The notes under the pieces: model-generated
Told to the model about the DNA's origin: nothing
Seen by the model: only the letters and a program-made list of their open reading frames with translations
Databases searched by the model: none
Source of the DNA: Hyphomicrobiaceae bacterium
GTDB taxonomy: Bacteria; Pseudomonadota; Alphaproteobacteria; Rhizobiales; Hyphomicrobiaceae
Direction of reading: 5' to 3'
Length of the DNA: 64,000 nucleotides
NCBI GenBank assembly: GCA_020638055.1
Contig: JACKJH010000001.1
Location: 863,520 to 927,519, forward strand
Shown: one piece after another, positions 48,845 to 59,324 of the stretch
Position numbering within the stretch: the first letter of the stretch is position 1
Layout: each line of letters starts with the position of its first letter
Translations under genes and position numbers: made by a program

Positions 48845-51800
48845 ATGCTGTCGTCGTTCGGTTCGATCGCCTCGAAGATCTTCGGCTCCTCGAACGATCG
48901 TCGTGTGCGCAGCTTTCATCCCCGTGTGGCGGAAATCAACGCCCTGGAGGATGAAATCTCAAAGCTCACGGATGATGAGCTCAAGGCGCGCACGGCAGCC
49001 TTCAGGGCGGAACTCGCCGGAGGAAAATCTCTCGACGATCTTTTGGTACCGGCATTCGCCACTGTGCGCGAGGCAGCCAAGCGGGCGCTTGGCCAGCGTC
49101 ACTTCGATGTGCAGTTGATTGGCGGCATGGTGCTTCACGGTGGTGGCATCGCGGAGATGAAGACCGGCGAGGGTAAAACGCTGGTCGCTACGCTTGCGGT
49201 CTATTTGAACGCTCTCGCCGAAAGAGGGGTGCATGTTGTTACCGTCAACGACTACCTTGCAAGTCGTGACGCAGAATGGATGGGCAGGGTCTACAAGTTC
49301 CTCGGTCTGAGTGTCGGCTGCATCGTGCATGGATTGGAAGACGAGCAGCGCAAGGAGCAGTACGCTTGCGACGTCACCTATGCCACCAACAATGAACTGG
49401 GTTTCGATTATCTGCGCGACAACATGAAAATGAGCGCAGACGAGATGGTGCAACGCGGGCATGCGTTTGCCATCGTCGACGAAGTTGATTCCATCCTGAT
49501 CGACGAAGCGCGTACTCCGCTCATCATTTCTGGAGCTGTCGAGGACCGCACGGAACTTTATGTAGCGATCGACAAGTTCATTCCGCAGATCGAACCTGAG
49601 CACTTCGAACTCGACGAAAAACAGCGCCAGGTCTCGTTCACCGATGCCGGCAACGAATACCTTGAGCAGCTTCTGGCGGGATCGGGGTTGCTGGAGGGTT
49701 CGCTTTACGACAGCGAGAATGTAACGATTGTCCACCACCTCAATCAGGCGCTCAGGGCGCATAAATTGTTCCAGCGCGACAAGGATTATATCGTCAAAGG
49801 CAACGAGGTTGTCATCATTGACGAATTCACCGGGCGCATGATGCCGGGCCGTCGTTATTCGGAAGGGCTGCATCAGGCACTTGAAGCCAAGGAAGGCGTG
49901 GCGATCCAACCGGAAAACCAGACGCTGGCTTCGATCACATTCCAGAACTACTTCCGCCTTTATGACAAGTTGGCGGGCATGACCGGCACGGCTGCTACCG
50001 AAGCCAGCGAGTTCATGGACATCTATGGCCTCGACGTTGCCGAAATTCCGACAAATCGCGAGATCGCACGTATCGACGATGATGACGAGGTTTATCGCAC
50101 ACAACCTGAAAAGCTTGCCGCAATCAGCATGACGATTGCAGATTGCGCGCGTCGCGGACAGCCATTGCTGGTGGGTACTGTTTCGATCGAAAAGTCAGAA
50201 CAGCTTGCCGGGCTGCTTTCTGACAAGGCCTATATCAAACAACTTGGTGAGAAGCTGTTTGAACGGGCAAAAGAGCTGAAACACGAACGCGACAAGGAAC
50301 ACAAGGATTACTTGGAGGATTTGGGGCAGCACCTCATCGATATTTCCAAAAAGGCCAAGGCTGGCGAGCAGGTGATTTTGCATCAAGTGCTCAACGCGCG
50401 CTACCACGAACAAGAAGCCAACATCATCGCGCAGGCCGGTGTGCCAGGTGCCATAACGATCGCCACCAACATGGCAGGTCGCGGCACCGATATTCAGTTG
50501 GGCGGCAACGTCGAATACCGCTTGCGTGACTGGAAAGCTGTTGAGGAAGGGAAGGGCAACTCCCCCAGCGACGCCGAGGTTGCCAAGAAGGAAGCGGAAA
50601 TCCGCGCAGAAATCGAAACGTTGAAGTCGCAGGCGCTGGAAGCCGGTGGGCTTTATGTGTTGGGCACTGAGCGGCACGAAAGCCGCCGCATCGACAATCA
50701 GCTCAGGGGACGCTCGGGCCGCCAGGGTGACCCGGGCCGGTCCAGGTTCTACCTGGCGCTTGACGATGATCTAATGCGCATCTTCGGTTCAGAGCGGATG
50801 GACAAGGTTGTCGGCGCGCTTGGCATGAAGGAAGGCGATGTCATCTCGCATCGCATGATGAACAAGTCTCTTGAGGTGGCGCAGAACAAGGTCGAAGCGC
50901 GCAACTTCGACATCAGAAAGCAGATCCTGAAATACGACGACGTCATGAACGACCAGCGCAAGGTCATCTTCGATCATCGCAAAGAGATCATGGCGGAGGA
51001 TGACGTTTCGGACATGGTTTCGGACATGCGCCGTCAAGTGATCGGTGAGCTTGTTTCGCGGCACATTCCTGAGAACGCCTACGCTGAACAATGGGATTCT
51101 GAGGGCTTGCAGGAGGCAATCAAGGAAACGTTTGATCTCGACATTCCCATTCCCGAGTGGGCGGACGAGGAAGGCATTGCTGACGAGGAAATCAGGGAGC
51201 GCCTGGAAAAAGCCATCGAAGAAAAGGCAGAGGCCTTGCTTGGTGAGGTCGGGCAGGACGTGCTCGGCAACTACCAGGGCGCCAAGGGGTTCTTGAATGT
51301 TGTCGGCGACGATGCGGCCCTCAAAGCGATGGTCGATAATCCCGAAGGCAAGTTGGCAGATATCGGCCGCTACCTCTACAACTCGCCGAACCCGGTATTT
51401 ACCATCACGGGCCTTTCGGCTGAGGAAGCATCTCAACAGGCATGGGGGATCGGCGATCAGTTCGTGCAGCAGTACACGGACGCACAAGGTTTCACAAAGG
51501 CGATTGAGGAAATAGGCGATCTATCCCCTGTTGCGCTTGGCGCTGATCGTTTGCGCGAGATCGAGAAAATGATTCTGCTGCAGACGCTCGACCAACTTTG
51601 GCGTGAGCATCTGGTGACGCTTGAACATCTCAGGCAGGTGATCGGTTTCCGTGCCTACGGGCAACGCGATCCGCTGAACGAATACAAGAGTGAATCATTC
51701 ACCCTATTCGAGCACATGCTGGTTCGATTGCGCGAGCAGGTGACGCGGGTGTTGATGCACCTTAAGCCCAGCGAGGGGGATGTAGATGATGATGAGTTCC

Positions 51801-52078
51801 TGCCTGACACGCAGGAGCTGCCGCCCATGCAGGCCCATCATATCGATCCGGTTACAGGTGTTGACGAGTTTGCGATGGCAGATGCGGCGATACAGGGTGG
51901 CAGTTCGTTGCTGCCGCCCGAGCCTGAGCCCGAACGCCGTGAACCGGTTCGGCACAGGAAAGCTGGCAGTGAACTCGATCCCAATGATCCGCAAACGTGG
52001 GGCAAGGTGGCCAGGAATGCGCCATGTCCGTGCGGTTCGGGCAAGAAATACAAACATTGCCACGGTAAGCACGCGTGA
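48845..52078 (+). CDS. secA: preprotein translocase ATPase SecA (1077 aa, with in-frame insertions relative to canonical ~900-aa SecA)
   Basis: N-terminus [20 protein letters not shown], Walker [41 protein letters not shown], and a C-terminal zinc finger [14 protein letters not shown]. Confidence 0.9.
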   Translation: MLSSFGSIASKIFGSSNDRRVRSFHPRVAEINALEDEISKLTDDELKARTAAFRAELAGGKSLDDLLVPAFATVREAAKRALGQRHFDVQLIGGMVLHGGGIAEMKTGEGKTLVATLAVYLNALAERGVHVVTVNDYLASRDAEWMGRVYKFLGLSVGCIVHGLEDEQRKEQYACDVTYATNNELGFDYLRDNMKMSADEMVQRGHAFAIVDEVDSILIDEARTPLIISGAVEDRTELYVAIDKFIPQIEPEHFELDEKQRQVSFTDAGNEYLEQLLAGSGLLEGSLYDSENVTIVHHLNQALRAHKLFQRDKDYIVKGNEVVIIDEFTGRMMPGRRYSEGLHQALEAKEGVAIQPENQTLASITFQNYFRLYDKLAGMTGTAATEASEFMDIYGLDVAEIPTNREIARIDDDDEVYRTQPEKLAAISMTIADCARRGQPLLVGTVSIEKSEQLAGLLSDKAYIKQLGEKLFERAKELKHERDKEHKDYLEDLGQHLIDISKKAKAGEQVILHQVLNARYHEQEANIIAQAGVPGAITIATNMAGRGTDIQLGGNVEYRLRDWKAVEEGKGNSPSDAEVAKKEAEIRAEIETLKSQALEAGGLYVLGTERHESRRIDNQLRGRSGRQGDPGRSRFYLALDDDLMRIFGSERMDKVVGALGMKEGDVISHRMMNKSLEVAQNKVEARNFDIRKQILKYDDVMNDQRKVIFDHRKEIMAEDDVSDMVSDMRRQVIGELVSRHIPENAYAEQWDSEGLQEAIKETFDLDIPIPEWADEEGIADEEIRERLEKAIEEKAEALLGEVGQDVLGNYQGAKGFLNVVGDDAALKAMVDNPEGKLADIGRYLYNSPNPVFTITGLSAEEASQQAWGIGDQFVQQYTDAQGFTKAIEEIGDLSPVALGADRLREIEKMILLQTLDQLWREHLVTLEHLRQVIGFRAYGQRDPLNEYKSESFTLFEHMLVRLREQVTRVLMHLKPSEGDVDDDEFLPDTQELPPMQAHHIDPVTGVDEFAMADAAIQGGSSLLPPEPEPERREPVRHRKAGSELDPNDPQTWGKVARNAPCPCGSGKKYKHCHGKHA

Positions 52079-52230
52079 TGCTTGTCGATGAACGTGCCGC
52101 AAGGCACGTGTGGCGGGCGTGTTGCCTTGTTCGGTAGTTTTGCGTCGACGATTCAATAACGCTGGGGTCCGCTGGGGTCCAAGGCAGACCGGGTTTGCGC
52201 ATCTGATCGGCACCCGACAGTGCGCGTTCG

Positions 52231-53742
52231 TCATGCCTGGTCGTGGGCACCTTGTGCAAACCCGATGACTGAGGCGACGGCACTCTGCCAGCGATTGTAG
52301 GCTCTTTCGCGGGTGACTGCATCCGCGCTTGGGGAGAAGCGTGCCTCGGCCTGCCATGTATTGGCGAATTCTTCCTTGGTGGGCAGAATTCCGGCTTTGG
52401 CGCCGGCGAGCCACGCCGCGCCCATCGCAGTCGTTTCGTGAAGTATCGGTCGTTCCACCGGGCTATCGACGGTATCGGCGAGCATTTGCAGAAAAATGTC
52501 GTTTGCAACCATCCCGCCGTCGACGCGCAGAATTGTCTGTTCGCCTTGCTGCCAATCTCGCCGCATCGCTTCGAGAAGATCCCTGGTTTGGAAAGCGTTC
52601 GCCTGCAGAACGGCTCGTGCTAGCTCTTTGGGGCCGGTGTTGCGGGTCAACCCGAACACAGCGCCGCGCGCGTCAGGCTCCCAGTAGGGTGCGCCCAAGC
52701 CTACGAAAGCGGGTACAACAATTACATCCTGAGCGGGATCGGCGGCGGCGGCCAGACGTTCGGTTTCACTGGACTGAGCGATGACGCCCAAGCCGTCACG
52801 AAGCCACTGCACCGCGGCGCCTGCAATGAAGATTGCGCCTTCAAGCGCATAGGTGGTTTCGCCATCCAAATCGTATGCGATTGTGGTCAAGAGCCGGTTG
52901 GATGAGGGTACGGCCACTGCTCCGGTGTTGAGAACGGCAAAGCAGCCGGTTCCATAGGTTGTCTTCATCATGCCGGGTGAAAAACAACACTGTCCGATGG
53001 TTGCCGCGTGCTGATCGCCGGCCATGCCCAGGATGGGAATGCTTGCGCCAAATATTTCGGCGTCGGTGCTGCCGAAGTGAGCGTTCGACGAATGCACTTG
53101 GGGGAGCACGGCCATGGGGATGCCGAACGCTTCGCACAGTGTTTCGTCCCATCGATGCTTGTGAATATCATATAGAGCGGTGCGGCAGGCGTTGGTCGCA
53201 TCAGTTGCGTGGACGCGTCCGTCTGTGAGCCGGTAGAGCAGCCAACTGTCGACGGTGCCAAAGGCAATCCGCCCAGCTTCGGCAGCACGACGTGCACCCT
53301 CGACGTTGTCCAGAAGCCAGGCGATCTTGCTTGCAGAAAAATAAGGATCAAGGCGAAGCCCCGTCTTGGCGGTCAACTCCGGCTCCAGACCCTGTGCTGC
53401 GAGTGTTCTGCACATGGGTGCCGTGCGCCTGTCCTGCCAGACGATGGCGCGGTGGATGGGCTTGGCGGTTTGCCGGTCCCAAAGAATCGTCGTCTCGCGC
53501 TGATTGGTAATGCCGATTGCGGCGATAGCGGTGGCGGTGATGCCAGCCGAATCCATTGCGGTGCGCACCGTTGCAACAGTGCTGTCGAAGATCTCCTGGG
53601 GATCGTGTTCGACCTCGCCGGAGGCCGGGTAGTGCTGGGTGAATTCCTGTTGGCCGATGCCTTTGACTGAGAGCGAGCGGTCAAAGACGAGAGCGCGGCT
53701 TGATGTTGTTCCCTGGTCGATCGCGAGAATATAATCATGCAT
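52231..53742 (-). CDS. glpK: glycerol kinase
   Basis: FGGY-family N-terminus [17 protein letters not shown]. Confidence 0.9.
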   Translation of the reverse strand: MHDYILAIDQGTTSSRALVFDRSLSVKGIGQQEFTQHYPASGEVEHDPQEIFDSTVATVRTAMDSAGITATAIAAIGITNQRETTILWDRQTAKPIHRAIVWQDRRTAPMCRTLAAQGLEPELTAKTGLRLDPYFSASKIAWLLDNVEGARRAAEAGRIAFGTVDSWLLYRLTDGRVHATDATNACRTALYDIHKHRWDETLCEAFGIPMAVLPQVHSSNAHFGSTDAEIFGASIPILGMAGDQHAATIGQCCFSPGMMKTTYGTGCFAVLNTGAVAVPSSNRLLTTIAYDLDGETTYALEGAIFIAGAAVQWLRDGLGVIAQSSETERLAAAADPAQDVIVVPAFVGLGAPYWEPDARGAVFGLTRNTGPKELARAVLQANAFQTRDLLEAMRRDWQQGEQTILRVDGGMVANDIFLQMLADTVDSPVERPILHETTAMGAAWLAGAKAGILPTKEEFANTWQAEARFSPSADAVTRERAYNRWQSAVASVIGFAQGAHDQA

Positions 53743-54169
53743 TCCAAAACCACCATCCGTGTTGGGATCAACCCCTTTTTGGGTCCGGCGTGAATCACCT
53801 TGGCAAGGTTGAGTTGAGGCAACCTTGTGACGTCAAGCTTTCTCTTTTCTTGACACTACGTCGCAGGTTCCACATTGTGCGCGCACTCCGGTTGCAGGGC
53901 CGCGATCGGAGATAAAAAATCAAAATGGTCCCGAGTCTAGGGAGACGAGCACGGGGTGATGCCGACTGCATCACCCCTGTGCTTTTTTGTGCATTGCATC
54001 AAGATGCGAATGGGAAATTCCGGCATACTGCGGCTGGATACGGTCGCTTAACTTCAAAGCTATTCCCGACAAGGTTAGGGTGGCACCCGCAGCCGTTTCA
54101 GTTTTCTTCGAACCCGAACAAACGTCTGCAAACCGCAGCATGGGATGCGCTGCCCGCAGGGGGAAGCCA

Positions 54170-54400
54170 ATGGCGAAATCACAACGCTCCTACTGGCAGC
54201 GGACACGACGGCTGGCGATATGGCTTGTCGTGGTTTGGTGCCTGCTAGTGATTGTGGTGCCTCTGGCGGCACCTCAGCTTGAAGCGATTGCGGTGCTGGA
54301 TCTACCGCTCAGCTACTACGCGGGCGCGCAAGGGGTGTTGGTGGCGCTCGTCATTGTCTCTTTTCTTTTCGCCTACCGCCAGCGACGTATCGATACACTT
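54170..54400 (+). CDS. DUF4212-like small membrane protein (putative solute:sodium symporter small subunit). The 3' end is undefined because no stop codon precedes the repeat.
   Basis: SYWQRTRRLAIWLVVVWCLLVIV...YYAGAQGVLVALVIVSFLFAYRQRRID, i.e. two TM helices with the YW/QG pattern. Confidence 0.5.
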
Positions 54401-54506
54401 AGAGCATTTTCCGACGAAGTGGATACCGGTTCGTCGCAGAAAATGAGATCAAACCAAAAAGCTAGAGCACTGATTAGATTCCATCGGATCGAAAAGCGCT
54501 CTAGCC
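54399..54506. repeat. palindromic repeat cluster (modules B and C, reverse orientation) between the small-subunit and large-subunit symporter genes
   Basis: ttagagcattttccgacgaagtggataccggttcgtcgcagaaaatg...agagcactgattagattccatcggatcgaaaagcgctctagc. It is in-frame and stop-free in the 53987-56350 ORF. Confidence 0.8.
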
Positions 54507-54562
54507 AAACTGGAACAGAGAACGAATCGCTTGTTTCGACGACAAGGCCGACCGACCAGTTG

Positions 54563-56350
54563 GTGCCCGTGCCGGGCAAAGGCGGCGTCGCCGGGATCAC
54601 CGGCGCGCTGGCCATGGCGGCAGATTGGCTATCGGGTGCGACGATGGTTGCGATTGCCGGTGCGCTTTATTCTCTCGGCCACGACGGTCTCGCCTGGCTT
54701 CTTGGCCTGTTCGGTGGTGCCGTGCTGGCCCATGTTCTTGTCGGCCCGCATCTCCAGCGGGCAGGTGGATTTGGGGTTGCGGAATTCATATCGGGCCGTT
54801 TTGGAGGGTTAGCGGGCACTGTTGCCATTGGCATTACCATTATCGCCGCAGCGCTCCTGGTTGGTGCAAACATCAAGGCCATTGTGATTGCGCTGGGTGT
54901 GCTGCTGCCCGGGTTTCCCGTTGGCGTGGAAGCGAGCATTCTGGCGGCTGTCGTCGTTTTTGCAGCGGCCGCGCTAAGCCGAGCGATGGCAGGTTTGACC
55001 AGACTGCAGGCGGCCGCCTTTCCGTTACTTTTAGCTTCGCTCGTCATGCCGCTGGCGCTCATTGCGCTTAGCGGTGAGGGTGCAAGGTCCAACCCGGTCT
55101 CCTACGGCGGCGTGCTTCAGGCGATCAGTAATATGGAGCTCGATCTGCTTGAGCGGGAACTGGCCGATCCGGTTACGTTGAAGGCTTACGTGCGGCCGTT
55201 GACGAGCGAGACGGCAACCAGTGGCATGCTGCTTGTCCTGTCTGTTGCGCTTGGTTTCATGGCAATGCCGCATGTTTCGAGGAGGCCGGCGCTGGCGCGA
55301 TCGGGGGAAGGCGCTCGGTTGATGCCTGCGCTCGCGGTGCTGCTGGTTTTCGTGGGTGTGCTGTTTTTGCCGCCCATGGCAGCGCTGGCGCGGCACTCGG
55401 TCATGGCGCAGCTTGTGGGCAAGGAGGCCACCGCGCTTACATCTGTCGTGTATGAAATGGGCGGGAGGGGCCTTGTCCAGATTTGTGGTGTGCCAGCCAT
55501 ATCGGCGGAAGCCGTTGCGAAGGCGTGTGCGGCGCAGGCGGATTGGCCAGGGAGGCTTCGACTGGATGACATAGTCATTGCGCGCGACCACGTGCTTTTT
55601 GCCCTGCCGCTGCTGATGGGGTTACCGGTTCTGGCGGCTTATGCTTTGGCCGTGGCTGTAATCGGGGCTTCGCTGCTTGCGATTGGGTGGCTGGGTTCGA
55701 CGCTGGCGGGGGTTTCTTATCCCGAGTACGTGCAACCCAGTGCAAGGCTAGCATCGGTGCGCCGGATTGGTGTTGTTGTTGCAGCCACCATGTGCGCGAC
55801 GTTGGCGGCGGTGACGGTCATGGTTTTGCGGGATGTCGACATCCTGACGCTGATCGGTTGGGCGATGGCTGTGGCCGCTGCAGGCCTGGCGCCCTCACTC
55901 ATAGCCGGGATCTGGTCCAAGCGCGCCACCTCGGCCGGTGCTATTGTGGCAATGCTTGCGGGTGCGTTTGTGACACTCTACTACATCGTCGGCACGCGCT
56001 ACTTTGCGGCTGGTTTTCATGAGATGTGGGGCAGTATTTCTGGTGCCGGATACGGTGCCATCGCTGAATACGAGGCGGCGAAGGAAGCACTCACGGAAGC
56101 CTTGGCTGCCGCCGCGGCCGAACCTGGGTCCATGCAGACGCAAGAGGCCATATCCGCAGCCCACCTTGACGTTGCAATGGCTGCACGAGGCGTGGCCGAC
56201 TGGTGGGGCATCAAAAGTGTCGGATCGGGTGTCGTGGGAGCTCTCGTGGGTTCGGTGCTTATCGTCATTGTTTCGTTCATCTCGCCTCGGCCGGGTGCTG
56301 TTGCTGTTTCTGTGGTCAGCCACCTGCGCGGCCTTGCCTGGCGTGTATGA
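54563..56350 (+). CDS. sodium:solute symporter (SSS family, ActP/VC_2705-like large subunit)
   Basis: ADWLSGATMVAIAGALYSLGHDGLAWLLGLFGGAVLAHVLVG matches the ActP-type core. The start is uncertain (GTG 54563 or ATG 54614), because the frame is open back to 53987. Confidence 0.65.
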   Translation: MPVPGKGGVAGITGALAMAADWLSGATMVAIAGALYSLGHDGLAWLLGLFGGAVLAHVLVGPHLQRAGGFGVAEFISGRFGGLAGTVAIGITIIAAALLVGANIKAIVIALGVLLPGFPVGVEASILAAVVVFAAAALSRAMAGLTRLQAAAFPLLLASLVMPLALIALSGEGARSNPVSYGGVLQAISNMELDLLERELADPVTLKAYVRPLTSETATSGMLLVLSVALGFMAMPHVSRRPALARSGEGARLMPALAVLLVFVGVLFLPPMAALARHSVMAQLVGKEATALTSVVYEMGGRGLVQICGVPAISAEAVAKACAAQADWPGRLRLDDIVIARDHVLFALPLLMGLPVLAAYALAVAVIGASLLAIGWLGSTLAGVSYPEYVQPSARLASVRRIGVVVAATMCATLAAVTVMVLRDVDILTLIGWAMAVAAAGLAPSLIAGIWSKRATSAGAIVAMLAGAFVTLYYIVGTRYFAAGFHEMWGSISGAGYGAIAEYEAAKEALTEALAAAAAEPGSMQTQEAISAAHLDVAMAARGVADWWGIKSVGSGVVGALVGSVLIVIVSFISPRPGAVAVSVVSHLRGLAWRV

Positions 56351-56359
56351 TGTCACCTC

Positions 56360-57964
56360 ATGGATGATTCAAACGGCGACAGCAAACTATACGACCTGGC
56401 GGTTATAGGGGGCGGCATCAATGGTTGCGGCATCGCTGCGGATGCGGCTGGTCGTGGGCTTGATGTCATCCTGATCGAGCAAGGTGATCTGGCGGCGGGA
56501 ACTTCATCGGCAAGTTCCAAACTGATCCACGGCGGACTGCGTTATCTTGAACACTATGAATTCCGGTTGGTTCGTGAGGCGCTTCAGGAACGCGAAATCC
56601 TGCTTGGTAATGCGCCCCATATCGTCAGGCCGTTACGTTTCGTCGTTCCGCACGTTGAGGCGATGCGTTCGCGCCTGATGATCCGGGCCGGGCTATTTCT
56701 TTACGATCATCTTGCAAGGCGCAAGCGCGTTCCCGGTTCGGGGATAGTGGACCTGTCGCGGGATGCTGCGGGGTTGGCGCTGGCACGGGAATACAGACAG
56801 GGATTTTCATATTGGGATTGTTCGGTCGACGATGCGCGTCTTGTCATTGCGGTCGCGCAGCAGGCCTTCAAGCACGGTGCGCGAATTCTCACGCGGGCTA
56901 AAGTTACGTCGGCGGTCGCGGAAGAAGACCATTGGCGTGTGTCGATTTCGAGAAAGCAAACGGCTACGGGTCACGAAATTAGCGGTTCAGGCGGCGCAGC
57001 GCTTACCGGGGATGCGGAGGCGGCCGGGCGAAGCGAGGTTTTTGCACGCATCCTGGTCAATGCGGCTGGGCCTTGGGCAGGTCTGGTGGGGCAAAATGTG
57101 ATCCGTCGCGGACATGCGGGGTGTTACGTACCGGTTCGGCTGGTTAAGGGAAGCCACATCGTTGTTCCGCGAATTGCGGGAGCGGATGGAGCCTATCTGC
57201 TGCAAGCCAACGACGGCCGGGTGGTCTTCTTGCTGCCATTCGCCGGACGCTTCACCCTGATCGGCACGACCGATATGCCCTTCAGTGGGGATCCGAGCGA
57301 TGTTGCGATTTCGGCCGATGAAGAAGCCTATTTGTTGAATGTCGCCAACTCGTTTCTGGAGAGACCGCTCTCGCTGCGCGATGTTGTGTGGAAGTTTGCC
57401 GGTGTCCGGCCGCTGTTTGATGATCACAGTGACAATCCCTCCGCAGTATCACGCGATTATAAATTGGAGGTCGACGCGCCGTCTGACGGGGCAGCGCTTT
57501 TGACGGTGGTCGGCGGCAAAGTGACGACATACCGGAGACTGGCCGAGGCGGCGATGCAACTGATTGAGCCCTATGTCCGCTCGCCCTTTGCAGGGGCATG
57601 GACGGCGCATGCGCCGTTGCCGGGTGGCGCGATGCCAGACGCTGACCTAGACGCTTACGCTAGCGCTTTTTTTGCGTGCTATCCGCACATGCCGAAGCCG
57701 CTGCTGCTGACGTTGTTGCACCGGTACGGTACGGCGGCTGTGGATGTGCTGGGTGACGCCAAGAGCGTCGCCGATCTGGGTGAAGACCTTGGTGGCGGGC
57801 TTTCCAAACGTGAGATTTCATACCTTCGCGATCATGAGTGGGCGCGAACGGCGGAGGATGTGCTGTGGCGGCGGACCAAGGCGGGTCTAGCTATTGCGCC
57901 GGAAAAGCTTGCCGAGGCAGAAGATCAAATTGCACGTTGCCTGGTTGCCGGCGGCAGGCAGTAG
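56360..57964 (+). CDS. glpD: FAD-dependent glycerol-3-phosphate dehydrogenase
   Basis: N-terminal DLAVIGGGINGCGIAADAAGRGL FAD motif. Confidence 0.85.
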   Translation: MDDSNGDSKLYDLAVIGGGINGCGIAADAAGRGLDVILIEQGDLAAGTSSASSKLIHGGLRYLEHYEFRLVREALQEREILLGNAPHIVRPLRFVVPHVEAMRSRLMIRAGLFLYDHLARRKRVPGSGIVDLSRDAAGLALAREYRQGFSYWDCSVDDARLVIAVAQQAFKHGARILTRAKVTSAVAEEDHWRVSISRKQTATGHEISGSGGAALTGDAEAAGRSEVFARILVNAAGPWAGLVGQNVIRRGHAGCYVPVRLVKGSHIVVPRIAGADGAYLLQANDGRVVFLLPFAGRFTLIGTTDMPFSGDPSDVAISADEEAYLLNVANSFLERPLSLRDVVWKFAGVRPLFDDHSDNPSAVSRDYKLEVDAPSDGAALLTVVGGKVTTYRRLAEAAMQLIEPYVRSPFAGAWTAHAPLPGGAMPDADLDAYASAFFACYPHMPKPLLLTLLHRYGTAAVDVLGDAKSVADLGEDLGGGLSKREISYLRDHEWARTAEDVLWRRTKAGLAIAPEKLAEAEDQIARCLVAGGRQ

Positions 57965-58233
57965 TGGTTTTGCCGGCCATGCATCCCTCCATGCTCGTGT
58001 TGAGTGCGCAGGATTTCATGTGCAACCGTTTCAGCCTTTTCGTTAGATCGGTTCAGACCCAGATGGAACCGCTTGCTTTTTTGTTAGCACGCGCAACCCC
58101 ATGAAAGAGTGTTGCAAATTGGTGTCTATTTTAACGCTGGATTAACCAGGGTGGGGGAAACTTGGGACGGTTATTGTTCAGCGTCCACACCGCAATGTCT
58201 TTATTTATCTACTGAGCAAGGTCGATCGTCGCT

Positions 58234-59307
58234 GTGCAAACCGCGCCTACCAGCAAGCCCAAGCCTAATCCAGGATCGGTATACCGATTTTTGAGCCGCC
58301 AACTTGCGTGGCGCATACACACCTGCGCCCGGGCACTTGGGAAGCTTGATCCAAAGGCAATTGAGCGCTCCACGATCGCTGGAATTTCATTGTTCGCTGC
58401 CAGCTCGATTGCCTTGCAGGGATTCGTAGTCGCCAAAGACAGCTTTTCAGGGAGTTCGAGTGGAGTTGCGCAGGCGGCTGCCGCAATCCCAAGCAAGTCC
58501 CAGGTCCTTGAAGGTGTCGATGATGTATTCGTTTCCAGCAGAGGCGTTGCGCGCGGCGATCTCGACATGGCCGCACTGGTACGGGCGCGCCGTGGCGATT
58601 TGCTGACAGGACGAACCGAAGAGCTTGAGGCTCTGGATCGCAAAAGTGCCTCGCAGGCAAGGCCCCGTCTCGCGGCGATTGTGCCTGCTGACACGGTTGT
58701 TGCAAAAACCCTGGCCGCTGCCGGAATCGGATTCCGTTTCAAGACGCTTGCGCCTGAAACAAGACGTCTCGGCAACAACAATAGCACCGTCATCGCGCTC
58801 TCGAACCGGCTGACGCGCAACGATAGTGTGGGTGGTGCAGGGGCGCCGCGTCCAATGCGCGTGGCCTATTCTGCTGCTGCGCTGGGGGATTTCGCCCGCC
58901 AGTTGAGCGAAGACCGAGGTGGGAGCAATAACGTCGCACCGCCCGCGCGTCGCAGGGTCACGCAGTTCAGCGGCCATGCCTCCAACTCGTTTGTCAAAAA
59001 GGTGCACTTCCAGGAGCACACGCCGGATCGCTGCCTGCCGAACCGGCTTATGGCTGTGATCAACGACGTTGCTGAACAGTTTGGCGATGTGCAAATTCTA
59101 TCGACGTTCCGCGATCCGGAGCGCAATCGCCGTGTTGGCGGCGCACCGCGGTCTTATCACCTGCGTTGTGAGGCTATCGACTTCCGCGTTAAGGGGCACA
59201 CATCGGGATTGCTTTCCTATCTCGAGCAGCGCGAGGAAGTGGGCGGTCTGAAACGCTACCCCCTCGGATTTTTCCACATTGATACAGGGCCTCGACGCAC
59301 CTGGTGA
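58234..59307 (+). CDS. DUF882 / peptidase-M15-like (YcbK-family) protein with an N-terminal region of unknown function
   Basis: The C-terminal STFRDPERNRRVGGAPRSYHLRCEAIDF...FFHIDTG matches zinc D-Ala-D-Ala carboxypeptidase-like motifs. Confidence 0.55.
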   Translation: MQTAPTSKPKPNPGSVYRFLSRQLAWRIHTCARALGKLDPKAIERSTIAGISLFAASSIALQGFVVAKDSFSGSSSGVAQAAAAIPSKSQVLEGVDDVFVSSRGVARGDLDMAALVRARRGDLLTGRTEELEALDRKSASQARPRLAAIVPADTVVAKTLAAAGIGFRFKTLAPETRRLGNNNSTVIALSNRLTRNDSVGGAGAPRPMRVAYSAAALGDFARQLSEDRGGSNNVAPPARRRVTQFSGHASNSFVKKVHFQEHTPDRCLPNRLMAVINDVAEQFGDVQILSTFRDPERNRRVGGAPRSYHLRCEAIDFRVKGHTSGLLSYLEQREEVGGLKRYPLGFFHIDTGPRRTW

Positions 59308-59324
59308 CGAAGACAGCCCAAGCG

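Noticed and set aside
48959-50104. Long antisense ORFs inside secA (48959-50104, 50789-51487) and inside glpK, lysK and manC
   Set aside because: They lie fully within strongly supported genes on the opposite strand. High-GC genomes generate long antisense ORFs.
50240-50390. SecA insertion as an intein or mobile insertion
   Set aside because: The insert is far too short for an intein, has no splicing motifs, and is simply an in-frame Lys/Glu-rich helical segment.
16541-54506. Possibility that the recurring hairpin repeats form a CRISPR array
   Set aside because: Copies are dispersed over 50 kb in intergenic regions. They are not regularly spaced with unique spacers, they occur in both orientations, and there are no cas genes.
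53987-56350. Taking the 787-aa ORF as one bona fide fusion protein starting at 53987
   Set aside because: The first 60 codons have no RBS or start context and the middle is a repeat element. It is more parsimoniously two genes plus an inserted repeat. The read-through is kept as a finding rather than a feature.
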